Origin: an uncultured delta proteobacterium
Lineage (GTDB): Bacteria > Desulfobacterota > RBG-13-43-22
Direction: 5' to 3'
DNA length: 64,000 nt
Assembly: GCA_963802945.1 (NCBI GenBank)
Contig: CAWDKY010000029.1
Span: forward strand, 128,001-192,000
A program made the position numbers and the translations under genes. Positions 49,695 through 59,565 of the stretch are shown piece after piece. A model generated the notes under the pieces. That model was not told the origin of the DNA and searched no databases. It was given only the letters and a program-made list of their open reading frames with translations. Each line of letters opens with the position of its first letter. Within the stretch, counting starts at the first letter, position 1.

Positions 49695-52236
49695 TTATTT
49701 ACTTTTCTGATCCATAGCTTTCCCTGCCGGCCGCACAATGACCTTGATCGGATTGGCTTTTAACCGATAGAGCGGCTCTAAGTTTTGGCGAGCGGTTAAA
49801 CCTCCAAAACTGGACGGCTTATAAAAATAGATCACCCCTGCCGGGCAATCCGCATCGGCCTTGGCCATCACGGCGATCTCAAGACCGGTTACTGAAATAG
49901 CCATCTGATCTCCATCCTGGATACCCAGCCTGATGAGATCGTCGGGATTCATCCGGAAGCCTTCTTCCAAGGCCAGTTCGGAAAGCCCTTCCACGACATA
50001 GGAAAGATCAATACCGCGATGCCTGAAACCGGCCGGCTCGGCGATGAGCAGATAATCACCTGGTCCTTTGACAGGTTTCTTGAAACGGTCGATCGGAAGA
50101 TCGATCCGTGGTCTAAGGAGACGCGGCTCTCTATCCGGCATCTCAGGAAATTCTGGAACGGTTTGATGGATCTCCTTCCGGATGTCCTCCGCCTTAGTGT
50201 ATGGCAGGGCCGTGCAATCAAGCTTTTGGGCCAATTCGGAAAAGATGGTCCAATCAGGTCGGACAAAACCGGTAACGGCGCTGTCCGGAAGGTCCTCGAT
50301 CTTTATCAGCTCCTGGACTCTACCCTCTATGTTGGTAATGGTCCCTTCGGCTTCAGCAAAGCTGGCGGCTGGAAGGAAGGCATCGATCTCAAATGGCGGA
50401 TAGTAAATATCCTGGGCAATGACATATTCACAATCCGGCCGCTCAAAGAAAGGGACTTCTCCCACCAGGTAAATCACCTTCGGTTTTTTGCGCTTTTCGA
50501 TGACCTCGGCCAAGGAAATCCCTTTGTTTTTCGAGGGTCCGATCCCAGGAAGCAGTTCACCGAAGACCCCAAGTTCAAAGGCGCCTCTGACATTCGTCCC
50601 GTTGTATAGAGGCATAAAGATCGTCTCCGGGCGCTTGGCCAATCTCAAAACCGCCTCGAACATTTTTTCATTGCGGTCATATCCCAAAACTGTCGGCCCG
50701 ATGATGACCGCCAAATTTTTGCCTGAGGCGATGGCTTCTATGGCTTTTTGGAGCTGGTCTTTATCAACCCCGGCCTGGAGAGCAATCTTTTTGAGATCGC
50801 ATTTCTCTTTCTCTAAGCTTTGGGCTAGTGTCTCAAGGATGAGCCCTTCCTGAGTAGGAGTCGGCTTTAACGAAAAATCCGTATAACGGACCAGGTTCGA
50901 ATCACGGGCGTCGACGGTGATCAGCTGAGCCCCTTTCTGCAAGGCACGCCGGATTTGGACTCCGATCACGGAGAAATAAAAGCGGGAATCAAGACCGATG
51001 GCGATAATGGAATCGGCCTCGGCTATACCCTTGATCGAGATGGGCAGAGAGAAGAGTTTGGTCCACAGGCCCAGTCCGCCCGGCAGGTTAAGACGGGCGG
51101 TGGAATCGATACTATCACTGCCCAGGCACTCTCGGACAAACTTTTGGGCGCTGTAAAGACTTTCGTTGGTCAGATCGGCTGAGACGACCATCAGGAATTC
51201 CTCGGGTTTGAGGCCTTTGAGCCTGCCGGAAACCTCCTCCAGGGCTTCGTTCCAGGTTACTTCGCGGAAATATTTTCCCTTCCTGAGCATCGGCTTTTTA
51301 GTCCGCTCGTGATAATGGGTCGTCTCCGGCAGGGAGAAGCGACCGCGCACACAGAGTTGGCCATCGTTGATCTCGGCCTCCAGGTTGGGAAGGACTTTTG
51401 AAAGCCGTCCGTCCTTGTGAACCAGTTCAAGGCGGCATCCGATCCCACAGAAGGGACAGGTCGAGACCAAGGTCCCATCGGGCTTTCCGTCCCACTTTGA
51501 GCTCTTCTCGGCCAAGGCCCCGGTCGGACAGACCGAAACACAGGCCCCACAGAACTCGCAGCCGGCCTGAATGTGGCTTTTACCAAAGGCCGGGCCGATC
51601 TGAACCTTTGGCCCTCGGTATTTAAAGGCCAGGATCGAGGTCCCGCGCACTTCCTGACACATTCGTACACAGCGGCCGCAAAGGATGCATATATTATAGT
51701 CTCGATCGAAAAAAGGATCATCATGCTCGGCTTCATAACCGCGGTAATACACCGGATAGGTTATTTCGGTTACCCCCACTTTTTCCACGACGGTTTGCAG
51801 TTCACATTGGCCGTCATTTGGACAATAGCGGCAGCCGGTGGCCACGCCGGTTTTCCGGATGGTGTACTGATATTGCTTGCACTCCTCTTTTTCAGAGCAA
51901 ACCAGACAGACTCGAGGGATGTTCGCTGAGGATGAGTTGGAGGATCTCCTGGCGCATATCTCGCAACGTGGCCGTATCGGTAAGAACTTTCATGCCTTCC
52001 TGGGCGACGGTGCTGCAGGCCAAGGGATAGCCCCTCATGCCCTCGATCTCCACCACACACATCCGGCAACCGCCGAAAGGAGAGAGATCTTTATGGGAGC
52101 AGAGCGAGGGAATATAGATATGGTTTAATTCCGCAGCCCTCAGAACGGTAACCCCTTCCGAAAAATGGATCGGGCGATGGTCGATTTCCATTTTCAAAGC
52201 AGGTCTAATGTTGGCTTGGGTTTCTTTGGCAGTCAC
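49695..52236 (-). CDS. NuoG/FdhF-like FeS protein with molybdopterin-oxidoreductase fold but no Mo-ligand Cys/Sec (one +1 frameshift ~51910)
   Basis: IPSLC..GGCRMC [2Fe-2S], HPS.C, CILCGRCVRMC, CEFCGACVSVCP, CPFCGIGC..LCVRG; SIDSTARLNL where FDH has the catalytic C/U-H. Confidence 0.82.
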
Positions 52237-52243
52237 GGTAGCC

Positions 52244-54115
52244 TCACGATTCAATAACGATGGCGTCGCCGGCAATAGCGTCAAAACGGCAGATTTCATA
52301 GCAGGATCGACATTTGATGCATTTACTCTCGTCCAGATTGTGCGGCTCCGAACGTGGACCGACGATAGCCCCGGTCGGACAGACTTGGACGCAACGCTGG
52401 CAACCCGTACATTTTTCTTTAATGATTCGATAAACAACCAGATCCCGGCAAACGGCGGCCGGACAGCGTTTGTTCATGATGTGGGCCAGAAACTCTTCCC
52501 GGAAATATTTCAGTGCACTTAAAACAGGATTCGGGGCCGTCTGACCCAGCCCACAGAGAGAGGCCCCTTTGATGGCGCCGGACAAGCGCTCCAGTTTGGC
52601 CAGATCTCCGATCTCTCCCTTGCCCTGACATATTTTGGTCAGGATATGGACTAAGTGTCGGGTCCCGATACGGCAGGGAACACATTTCCCGCAGGATTCG
52701 GCCTGGGTGAAGCTGAGGAAATATTTGGCCGTATCGACGATGCAGGTGTCTTTATCGATGACGATCAGACCGCCCGATCCCATAATGGAACCGGCCGCAG
52801 CCAGATTCTCGTAGTCAATAGGCGTATCCAGAAATTCTTTTCCCAGACACCCCCCGGAAGGGCCGCCGGTTTGGACCGCTTTGAACTCCTTGACCAATCC
52901 ACCGCCGATATCGTAAATCACTTGGCGCAAGGTACTGCCCAGCGGAACTTCGATCAGACCGGTGCGCCTGACCTTACCGACCAGACTGAAGGTTTTGGTC
53001 CCTTTGGATGTTTCCGTCCCATACTTCGAATACCATTCGGCGCCGTTGCGGATAATGTTCGCCAGGGTCCCTAAGGTTTCAACGTTGTTGATAACCGTGG
53101 GTTGCCCCCATAGCCCCGATACGGGCGGGAAGGGCGGACGGGTGCGCGGCATCCCTCTTTTCCCTTCAATACTGGCCATCAAGGCTGTCTCTTCTCCACA
53201 AACAAAAGCGCCCGCGCCCTCCTTGATCTTGATATCAAAGCTGAACTCGCTTCCCAGTATGTTATCGCCGAGAAGGCCCATTTCACGCAGGACGGCGATA
53301 GCCCCCTTCAGCCGCTCGATGGCCAGCGGATATTCCGACCGGATATAGATGTAACCCTGGCTGGCGCCGATTCCATAGGCGGCGATCAACATACCTTCCA
53401 GCAAGGCATGGGGATCCCCTTCTATTAGGGATCGATTCATAAAGGCCCCGGGATCACCTTCGTCGGCATTGCAGATCAGATAACACTGTAGGCTTTCGGT
53501 TTCCCGGCAGAATAGCCACTTGCGCCAGGTGGGAAATCCGGCACCACCGCGTCCACGCAGGCCGGAATTTTTAACGATCTCCAGGACCTCCTGCCAAGAC
53601 AAGGACAGGCATTTTTCAATCGCTTTGTATCCGTCACGGGCCAGATAGTGATCGATATCTTCGGGATCGATGATACCGCAATTTCTCAAGACGATGCGCA
53701 CCTGGTGAACCAGCATCGGATGCTCAAAAAATTTGGGTAGACCATCGATGGGTTCTTGGCCGAAGTGGCCTATCAGGCGGGGTTTATACACTTCGCCTTT
53801 TTCGAAAAATGATTCCAGAATGCGGCCGACGCTATCGGGATTAACATTCGAATAACTGATGCGCGGTTTCCCGGGCATCTGGATATCGACCAGCGGTTCC
53901 AGATAGCAGGGCCCGATGCAGCCGACTTTAATGAGGTCCGCCGTCAGCTTCTTAGCGCTTAGATAGGATTCCAAGGCTCCGATGACTTCGGTGGCTCCGG
54001 CCGCAAGTCCGCATGAGCCGGCTCCGACAAAGATGACCGGGCGTTGGTTGTTTTGAAGTTCAGCCCATTTCTTTTCGGCTTTTCTGCGACGTTGCTCAAG
54101 TTTTTTTATGTTCAT
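52244..54115 (-). CDS. nuoF: NuoF/HydB-type FMN- and NADH-binding subunit with C-terminal 2x[4Fe-4S]
   Basis: LRGRGGAGFPT, NADEGDPGAF, GAFVCGEET, SCGKCVPCRIG, CTGCQRCVQVCP, CIKCRSCYEIC. Confidence 0.92.
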   Translation of the reverse strand: MNIKKLEQRRRKAEKKWAELQNNQRPVIFVGAGSCGLAAGATEVIGALESYLSAKKLTADLIKVGCIGPCYLEPLVDIQMPGKPRISYSNVNPDSVGRILESFFEKGEVYKPRLIGHFGQEPIDGLPKFFEHPMLVHQVRIVLRNCGIIDPEDIDHYLARDGYKAIEKCLSLSWQEVLEIVKNSGLRGRGGAGFPTWRKWLFCRETESLQCYLICNADEGDPGAFMNRSLIEGDPHALLEGMLIAAYGIGASQGYIYIRSEYPLAIERLKGAIAVLREMGLLGDNILGSEFSFDIKIKEGAGAFVCGEETALMASIEGKRGMPRTRPPFPPVSGLWGQPTVINNVETLGTLANIIRNGAEWYSKYGTETSKGTKTFSLVGKVRRTGLIEVPLGSTLRQVIYDIGGGLVKEFKAVQTGGPSGGCLGKEFLDTPIDYENLAAAGSIMGSGGLIVIDKDTCIVDTAKYFLSFTQAESCGKCVPCRIGTRHLVHILTKICQGKGEIGDLAKLERLSGAIKGASLCGLGQTAPNPVLSALKYFREEFLAHIMNKRCPAAVCRDLVVYRIIKEKCTGCQRCVQVCPTGAIVGPRSEPHNLDESKCIKCRSCYEICRFDAIAGDAIVIES

Positions 54116-54554
54116 TTAAAATCCCCTGAAGCTTCAAGACCGACATCTGGGCGTAGGTTTTTTCATTCAGTGTGACTACCGGGGCCAGCGCGCAACAACC
54201 CAAGCAGACTACCCGTTCAAGGTCATACTCGCCGTCGGCCGTAGTCTCCCCCGGGTTTACCTCGAACCGCCGTTTGATGACCTCAAGCATCTGTTCTCCG
54301 CCTTTGACATGACAGGCTGTTCCCAGACATACTTTAATATGATTTTTACCTCTTGGTGTGAAGCGAAATTGGGCATAAAAAGTGGCCACGCCATATATTT
54401 CGTTTTCCGAAATCTTGAGCCATCTCGATATGCGCTCGATCGCCTCCCGGGGAAGATATCCGTAAATGGACTGTATCTTATGAAGGACAGGAACGATATC
54501 AGCACGCTCTCCTTTGAATTCCTGCTTAAGGTCGGCTAATGGGTCTTTGGGCAT
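54096..54554 (-). CDS. nuoE: NuoE/HydC-type [2Fe-2S] subunit
   Basis: GVATFYAQF, VCLGTACHVKG, CLGCCALAP. Confidence 0.92.
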   Translation of the reverse strand: MPKDPLADLKQEFKGERADIVPVLHKIQSIYGYLPREAIERISRWLKISENEIYGVATFYAQFRFTPRGKNHIKVCLGTACHVKGGEQMLEVIKRRFEVNPGETTADGEYDLERVVCLGCCALAPVVTLNEKTYAQMSVLKLQGILNEHKKT

Positions 54555-54645
54555 AAACACAACCCTCCTCAGGACGCTATTCGCCCCAGTCAAATATGGA
54601 ATTCATCGTTGTCTAAAGAAAAGGATCGATAATCCAGCCTAGGCT

Positions 54646-54975
54646 CTATTTTATCCCGAGTTTTGTGAGCTTTGAGGCGAGGGTCCAGGCATCAACCGAA
54701 GTAGTAAAAAGTCCGATTCCGACCTTATTGGCCAGTTCGATTAAGTCAGGAGCGGGCTTTTTACCTTTGACAAAAACAACCGCCGCAACATCGACCAAGT
54801 TGGCGGCCGCAATAAGGCTCTTGTTGGTCTGAAGGGTTATCAAAAGCAAATTGGCTTTGGTCAAAGTGATTAAATCGGAGACCATATCCGAAATATAGAC
54901 TCCTTCGATTTCTTTGTCTTTATAGACATTGACTGCTTTAAGACCGCATTTTTTACTGACCTCCGATAGCTTCAT
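54646..54975 (-). CDS. DRTGG-domain protein
   Basis: GVYISDMVSDLI, LITLQTN, VKGKKP. Confidence 0.82.
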   Translation of the reverse strand: MKLSEVSKKCGLKAVNVYKDKEIEGVYISDMVSDLITLTKANLLLITLQTNKSLIAAANLVDVAAVVFVKGKKPAPDLIELANKVGIGLFTTSVDAWTLASKLTKLGIK

Positions 54976-55009
54976 GTTTCCCCCTTTTTCTTTTACTGGT
55001 GACTCTGTA

Positions 55010-55531
55010 TTAATACATATCAGTAAGTCCCTTATCGGCTATCATTATTCCTTCACATCTATCGATTTTGCAGCATTGATTACATGGGACGATCACGATC
55101 TTCTTGCCCAAAGTTTTTATGTTTTGGTTGAAGTATTCATTGAGGGCCTTGATCCCTTTGCCGCTTACACATTTGCCTTTGGGGTGACTGCTGTCGGCGC
55201 AGAGGGCCACATAGACCATTGTCCCTGGCCCTTCGTTTATCCTAATCTGGGCGACCGTACATTCAGGGTCTTTGCAGGTCGATATCATCAGTCCCATCAT
55301 ATCGTTAAGATTGATGAGCCTTTGACATTTTGTGCATTTAAGATTGAATTTAATCGATTGTGAGCTTCCTAAATAAATCCAGAAGTGGTCTCCTTCCCGA
55401 TATTCGTCGACCGGTGCGACGGGTTCCTCGGAAAAGAATGAAATCCGACCTCCGCATTTTGGACAGCCTTCAACCACGAAGTATCCATAGCGGATATCGG
55501 CCATTTCCCATTTATGTTTACAACTACCCAT
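55010..55531 (-). CDS. Cys-rich hypothetical (putative metal-binding) protein
   Basis: CPKC, CTKC, CKDPEC, CNQCC motifs; GGAGG RBS before MGSCKHKW. Confidence 0.75.
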   Translation of the reverse strand: MGSCKHKWEMADIRYGYFVVEGCPKCGGRISFFSEEPVAPVDEYREGDHFWIYLGSSQSIKFNLKCTKCQRLINLNDMMGLMISTCKDPECTVAQIRINEGPGTMVYVALCADSSHPKGKCVSGKGIKALNEYFNQNIKTLGKKIVIVPCNQCCKIDRCEGIMIADKGLTDMY

Positions 55532-55942
55532 TGATCCTCCAATGCTTCTCATTATATTAAGGGGCTAATAATATCGACAAAATTTTTTACCAGGGAACTG
55601 AAGGTCTTCTTTTCGATCAATCCAAAAATCTCGCTGAATGAAACAAAAAACCCCACCTCTCTATCGGGAAATGGGGTCTATTATTCTTCCATCGACACTC
55701 CTTTTTACAAAAGTTGCCAAAAAGAAAAAAAGATTATATTCAAGTTGTTAATATTTAATCTAAATATTTTTTAAAGTCAACTAATTTTATGGATTTTTAT
55801 TAATTACCATTGAACTCTTGCGTTTTTAAAAAATGGAAGTTTGAAAATTTTAGGAAGAAATGTTTTTACCTTAAACCACAAATGAATCTAACAGCAAATT
55901 CCATTTTGATCCTTCACTGTTTATATCCTGATTTTCTTCAAG

Positions 55943-56084
55943 TGTAACTAAAGTGTAACCGTCCTAACCGAAAATAACCCAAAATAACTCACGCTATTCC
56001 AAGATGGTCTCAGTAACTGATTGATATTTAACGAACTGAATTTAGACGGGAAATCGCCTTAGACAGGTCTTGGCTATAAATCCC
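55943..56084. repeat. Direct repeat copy 2 (att site overlapping the trmN6 3' end)
   Basis: Aligns with 44528-44669; TAAC repeats at ~10-11 bp spacing. Confidence 0.88.
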
Positions 56085-56807
56085 CTTCTCCTGGTAAACG
56101 GTAAGGGTTGGAAGGATCTTGAGGTCTTCCCGTCCCTGATAAACGGCTTCCATCAACACCCATTCCGCCTCTTTATCCTGAAAAGAATGAACCATTCGGA
56201 TTTTCTTGGGTTCCAGACGGTTTTGTCTGGCAAGGGCCAGAAGAGAAACCAATCTCCAGGCCGGATAAATAACGAACCATTTCCCACCATCCTTTAAGGT
56301 GTGGGCTACGGCTTTGAGCAGTTGAGGTAAGGTGACCCGAATCTCATGGCGGGCCATGGCCTTCTGTGGATTAGGATTGATTCGGCCTCGGTGCAAAGGG
56401 CGATAAGGTGGATTGGAAACGACGGCATCAAATCTCCCTTTTTTGAAAAATCCGGGGAGTTGACAGAGATCTCCCTGAACAATGAAAATACGTTCCTGAA
56501 ATTGATTGAGGACGATATTACGGCGGGCCAGATCAATGGATTCAGTCGCCAATTCCAAGGCCATGATTCGAGCAGTGGGATAAACCTTAGCCAAGAGAAG
56601 GGCCAGGATCCCGCTGCCTGTTCCCAGGTCCAATATGAGAGATGGATCTTTCAGCCGGATAAATTCAGACAGGATTAAAGAGTCAATGGAAAAACGGTAA
56701 CCGGTTTTCTTTTGGATAATCCGCACAGCCCCCTTCCCCCAGGAATCGAGGGTTTCATCGGCTTTTATCGATACGGATTTCTCAGAGGATAGCGGATTCA
56801 TTCCCAT
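56028..56807 (-). CDS. trmN6: tRNA1(Val) (adenine37-N6)-methyltransferase family (YfiC/TrmN6)
   Basis: GYRFSIDSLIL, LDLGTGSG, NPPY, ARHE. Confidence 0.88.
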   Translation of the reverse strand: MGMNPLSSEKSVSIKADETLDSWGKGAVRIIQKKTGYRFSIDSLILSEFIRLKDPSLILDLGTGSGILALLLAKVYPTARIMALELATESIDLARRNIVLNQFQERIFIVQGDLCQLPGFFKKGRFDAVVSNPPYRPLHRGRINPNPQKAMARHEIRVTLPQLLKAVAHTLKDGGKWFVIYPAWRLVSLLALARQNRLEPKKIRMVHSFQDKEAEWVLMEAVYQGREDLKILPTLTVYQEKGIYSQDLSKAISRLNSVR

Positions 56808-58134
56808 TCAAGGGGTTCATCACCAGGCCAGTCAAGGTTTTAGGATAAAAATAAGTGGATTTTCTGGGCATGACCAGAGAAGCCTCAGCAATCTGCCGAA
56901 CCTGTTCGATCGGGGTCGGGTTTAAGATAAACCCCATTTGACCCTGTCCCTTTTCCACTAATTTTATGGCCTCAAGACTGTCATGCAGATATTTGATCAT
57001 ATTTTCCTGATCTAATTCTTCTCGCTGGATTCCCAGGATTTTTTGAAAAACCAGACGGCTTAAAATCATGACATCCAGTCCGCGTAATAAAGGATGCAAA
57101 CCTTCTCCCCAGTCGCCATCCAAACTATCTTTCTTAAGAGTCAGCAGATAAAACCAGGAAGTCTGGGCCATAAAAAGACCAAAGGCATGGGACTGGTCGG
57201 CTTTTTGGTTGAGTCGGGACAGGAATTCCACGGTAATCCGTTTTTTATCTTCATGACGGAAGGGGAATTTTTCAATAATAAAATACGATCCCAGTTTTTT
57301 TTCCAACAACAAAGGATCCAATTCAGGAACGCGGTTCAAAACCCGGTGAACCGGGAAAATGGTTAACCCGGGATCCTCCATGGGGCAGAGAAACATCAAG
57401 GTATAATTAAAGGGCGCGGTCATCGGAAGCTTCGGATGCTTTTTAAGCATATCCGACTGATAGGCCAAACTGGTTTCATAACGATGATGTCCGTCGGCGA
57501 TATAAACGGTTTTGTCCAAAAAGCTTTTCTGAATTTTATTTAAGGCCGAAGGGTCGGTCACTCTCCAAAGTTGATGACGAATGGATTCCTGATCCTCAAA
57601 GTCCATAAAGGGTTCTTTCGGAGCTTGATCGGAAAGAAGGGAGATGATTTCCCCTTCTCGGTCAAGATAAAAAGAAAAAATCGGACAAAACTGCATTTGA
57701 CAATGTTGGAAAAGCTGATAGCGGTCATGCTTAAAATAGGAAAAAGTCTTTTCATGTGGCCGGACTTGGCCGGAATCAAAGGATTCCAGACCAAGCAGGG
57801 AAATAAAACCAGTGCGGATACGAACATCTTGCCCGGGAATTTGATAGTGAATTTTATAAAGATAGATTGCAGGTTCCCGATCCCGGATAAGGATCTGTTC
57901 CCTTTCCCATATCTTTAAAATCCGGGCGGCCCGGGTGTATCGATTGTCTTCAGAGGTATCGCTGGGGAAATTTTTGCCGAAATCCAGGCGGATGATGTTA
58001 TAGGGATGCAACTGATAAAAATGTTCCTGTTCCGCAGAATTGATCACATCATACGGCGGGGTCACCACCTGGGAAAGGTGGTCGATGATTTGCGTATTAT
58101 AAATTATCCCCCGAAAGGGGGCGATGCGTGCCAC
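56782..58134 (-). CDS. DUF1015 family protein
   Basis: PPYDVI, PHEKT, YIADGHHRYET, MPRKSTYFYPK. Confidence 0.9.
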   Translation of the reverse strand: MARIAPFRGIIYNTQIIDHLSQVVTPPYDVINSAEQEHFYQLHPYNIIRLDFGKNFPSDTSEDNRYTRAARILKIWEREQILIRDREPAIYLYKIHYQIPGQDVRIRTGFISLLGLESFDSGQVRPHEKTFSYFKHDRYQLFQHCQMQFCPIFSFYLDREGEIISLLSDQAPKEPFMDFEDQESIRHQLWRVTDPSALNKIQKSFLDKTVYIADGHHRYETSLAYQSDMLKKHPKLPMTAPFNYTLMFLCPMEDPGLTIFPVHRVLNRVPELDPLLLEKKLGSYFIIEKFPFRHEDKKRITVEFLSRLNQKADQSHAFGLFMAQTSWFYLLTLKKDSLDGDWGEGLHPLLRGLDVMILSRLVFQKILGIQREELDQENMIKYLHDSLEAIKLVEKGQGQMGFILNPTPIEQVRQIAEASLVMPRKSTYFYPKTLTGLVMNPLNGNESAIL

Positions 58135-58652
58135 CGGACTATCTATTCCTTTCTATCGAAAAAATTATCAATTTTAATAACACGTTCTTGTTAGCCGGTA
58201 AAGTAAATTTAATACGAGAATAGCCCCAAATTAACCTTTTGAGTGGTTTGTTCCCCGTCATGCCGGACCCCGTATCAAGTACGGGGCAGGCCCGATCCGG
58301 CATCCAGGGTATTTGATGCATTATTTTACCTGGATTCCGGCTTTCGCCGGAATGACACCTATCCCACGGGAAGGCAATATTTTCATATTTCGTGGCGGCC
58401 CATAGGGGCCTGAGGGTTTAGTACGAAAATAGGATTCGAGGATTCCAGGATTCGAGTCCCGCCTGCTAATGGGATTGACCTCTGGACCCCTTGAATCCTC
58501 TGCTTAATTTTAATGTTTCCAGGATCCCGCCTTAAACAAGTTTGAGAGTTTAATATCAAAGAGAGGATGCAAAAAAGATATCATGGGGAAAATCTGAAGG
58601 TTGGAGGGCAGCGGGTATTACTCAGCACCCGGATGGGTCAACGAATCTGATA

Positions 58653-58697
58653 TACTCAAAGATCCCTTTAATGGCCAAGAAAAGGGATCTTTGAGTA
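58653..58697. terminator. Long perfect hairpin (probable terminator)
   Basis: tactcaaagatcccttt ... aaagggatctttgagta. Confidence 0.6.
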
Positions 58698-58769
58698 TTG
58701 AATAAATGCAAGTGATAAAAAGCTTCGGACTTTAGAGGTTTTCTGTTCGGCCAAGACGGACTATTTTTT

Positions 58770-59003
58770 CTAAGGAAGGGGCTTCACCTTTTTCCCTTTA
58801 AGATATAATTTCAATGCCTCATCGACTACCTCTTTAATCCCTTTTTTCTCCCAATAGGTAATAGACTTTATCTTCTTATGATTCATTTCCCGAATCATGA
58901 CCGTCGTCCTGATCCATTTTTCTTGTGCTTTTTGAGGTTGTTTGGCCTTGCTGGAAACGGCAACTTTTATTTTTTTTATGGCCGTTCTTTTGCGGATCAC
59001 CAT
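58770..59003 (-). CDS. Small basic ribbon-helix-helix-like protein
   Basis: WIRTTVMIRE...YWEKKGIKEVVDEALKLYL. Confidence 0.55.
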   Translation of the reverse strand: MVIRKRTAIKKIKVAVSSKAKQPQKAQEKWIRTTVMIREMNHKKIKSITYWEKKGIKEVVDEALKLYLKGKKVKPLP

Positions 59004-59093
59004 GATCTTTGCTCTCTTTCAATAAGAATTGGGTCAATGATCGGGTATACTTCCTTGACTCTTTCTCTTCCTTTCCTGAAGGTAATGAAAAAC

Positions 59094-59396
59094 CTATTTT
59101 TTGGGAGGAACTACAGCATCTTTAAAAGCTTTGGCGATCCTCATTTTGGTAACGGTCTTGGCTGGAATCTTGATCGGCTCGCCAGTTTGAGGATTTCTGC
59201 CGGTTCGTGCTTTTCTCTTGGAAAGAACGATCTTGCCAATGCCCGGAATGATAAAAGCCCCGGATTTCTTGGTCTCGGCAACCGCCAACCGGGCCAATTC
59301 ATCCAGGATCTCCTTTGAAGAATTTTTAGTGATCATGAACTTTTCCGCCAGAAAAGAAACTAATTGGTTTTTGGTAAGGGGTTTTTTGGTAGCCAT
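59094..59396 (-). CDS. hup: HU family DNA-binding protein
   Basis: PGIGK, RKARTGRNPQTGEPIKIPAK. Confidence 0.93.
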   Translation of the reverse strand: MATKKPLTKNQLVSFLAEKFMITKNSSKEILDELARLAVAETKKSGAFIIPGIGKIVLSKRKARTGRNPQTGEPIKIPAKTVTKMRIAKAFKDAVVPPKK

Positions 59397-59565
59397 AACC
59401 TTTCTCCTCCTTTTAAAGTTAGTTTTTGTTACGTTTTATAAAGGAAAAATTAGTATGGGTCAAGAGAAAAAGACAATATGAGCCAAAAAAATGCAATTAA
59501 TTTCATTTTTTTTTTACCTGTACTCTTATCTTGAGACGTTTAGACCCCAAATTTGAGCTTATGAT

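Larger units (their letters stand above)
44670..56027. mobile_element. ~11.4 kb integrated island (integrase decayed) at the 3' end of trmN6
   Basis: Flanking direct repeats, integrase-like C-terminal remnant, single co-oriented cargo operon. Confidence 0.75.

Noticed and set aside
49695-52236. Formate dehydrogenase alpha subunit or selenoprotein call
   Set aside because: No Cys or in-frame TGA at the active-site position; the only break is a +1 frameshift in the FeS region.
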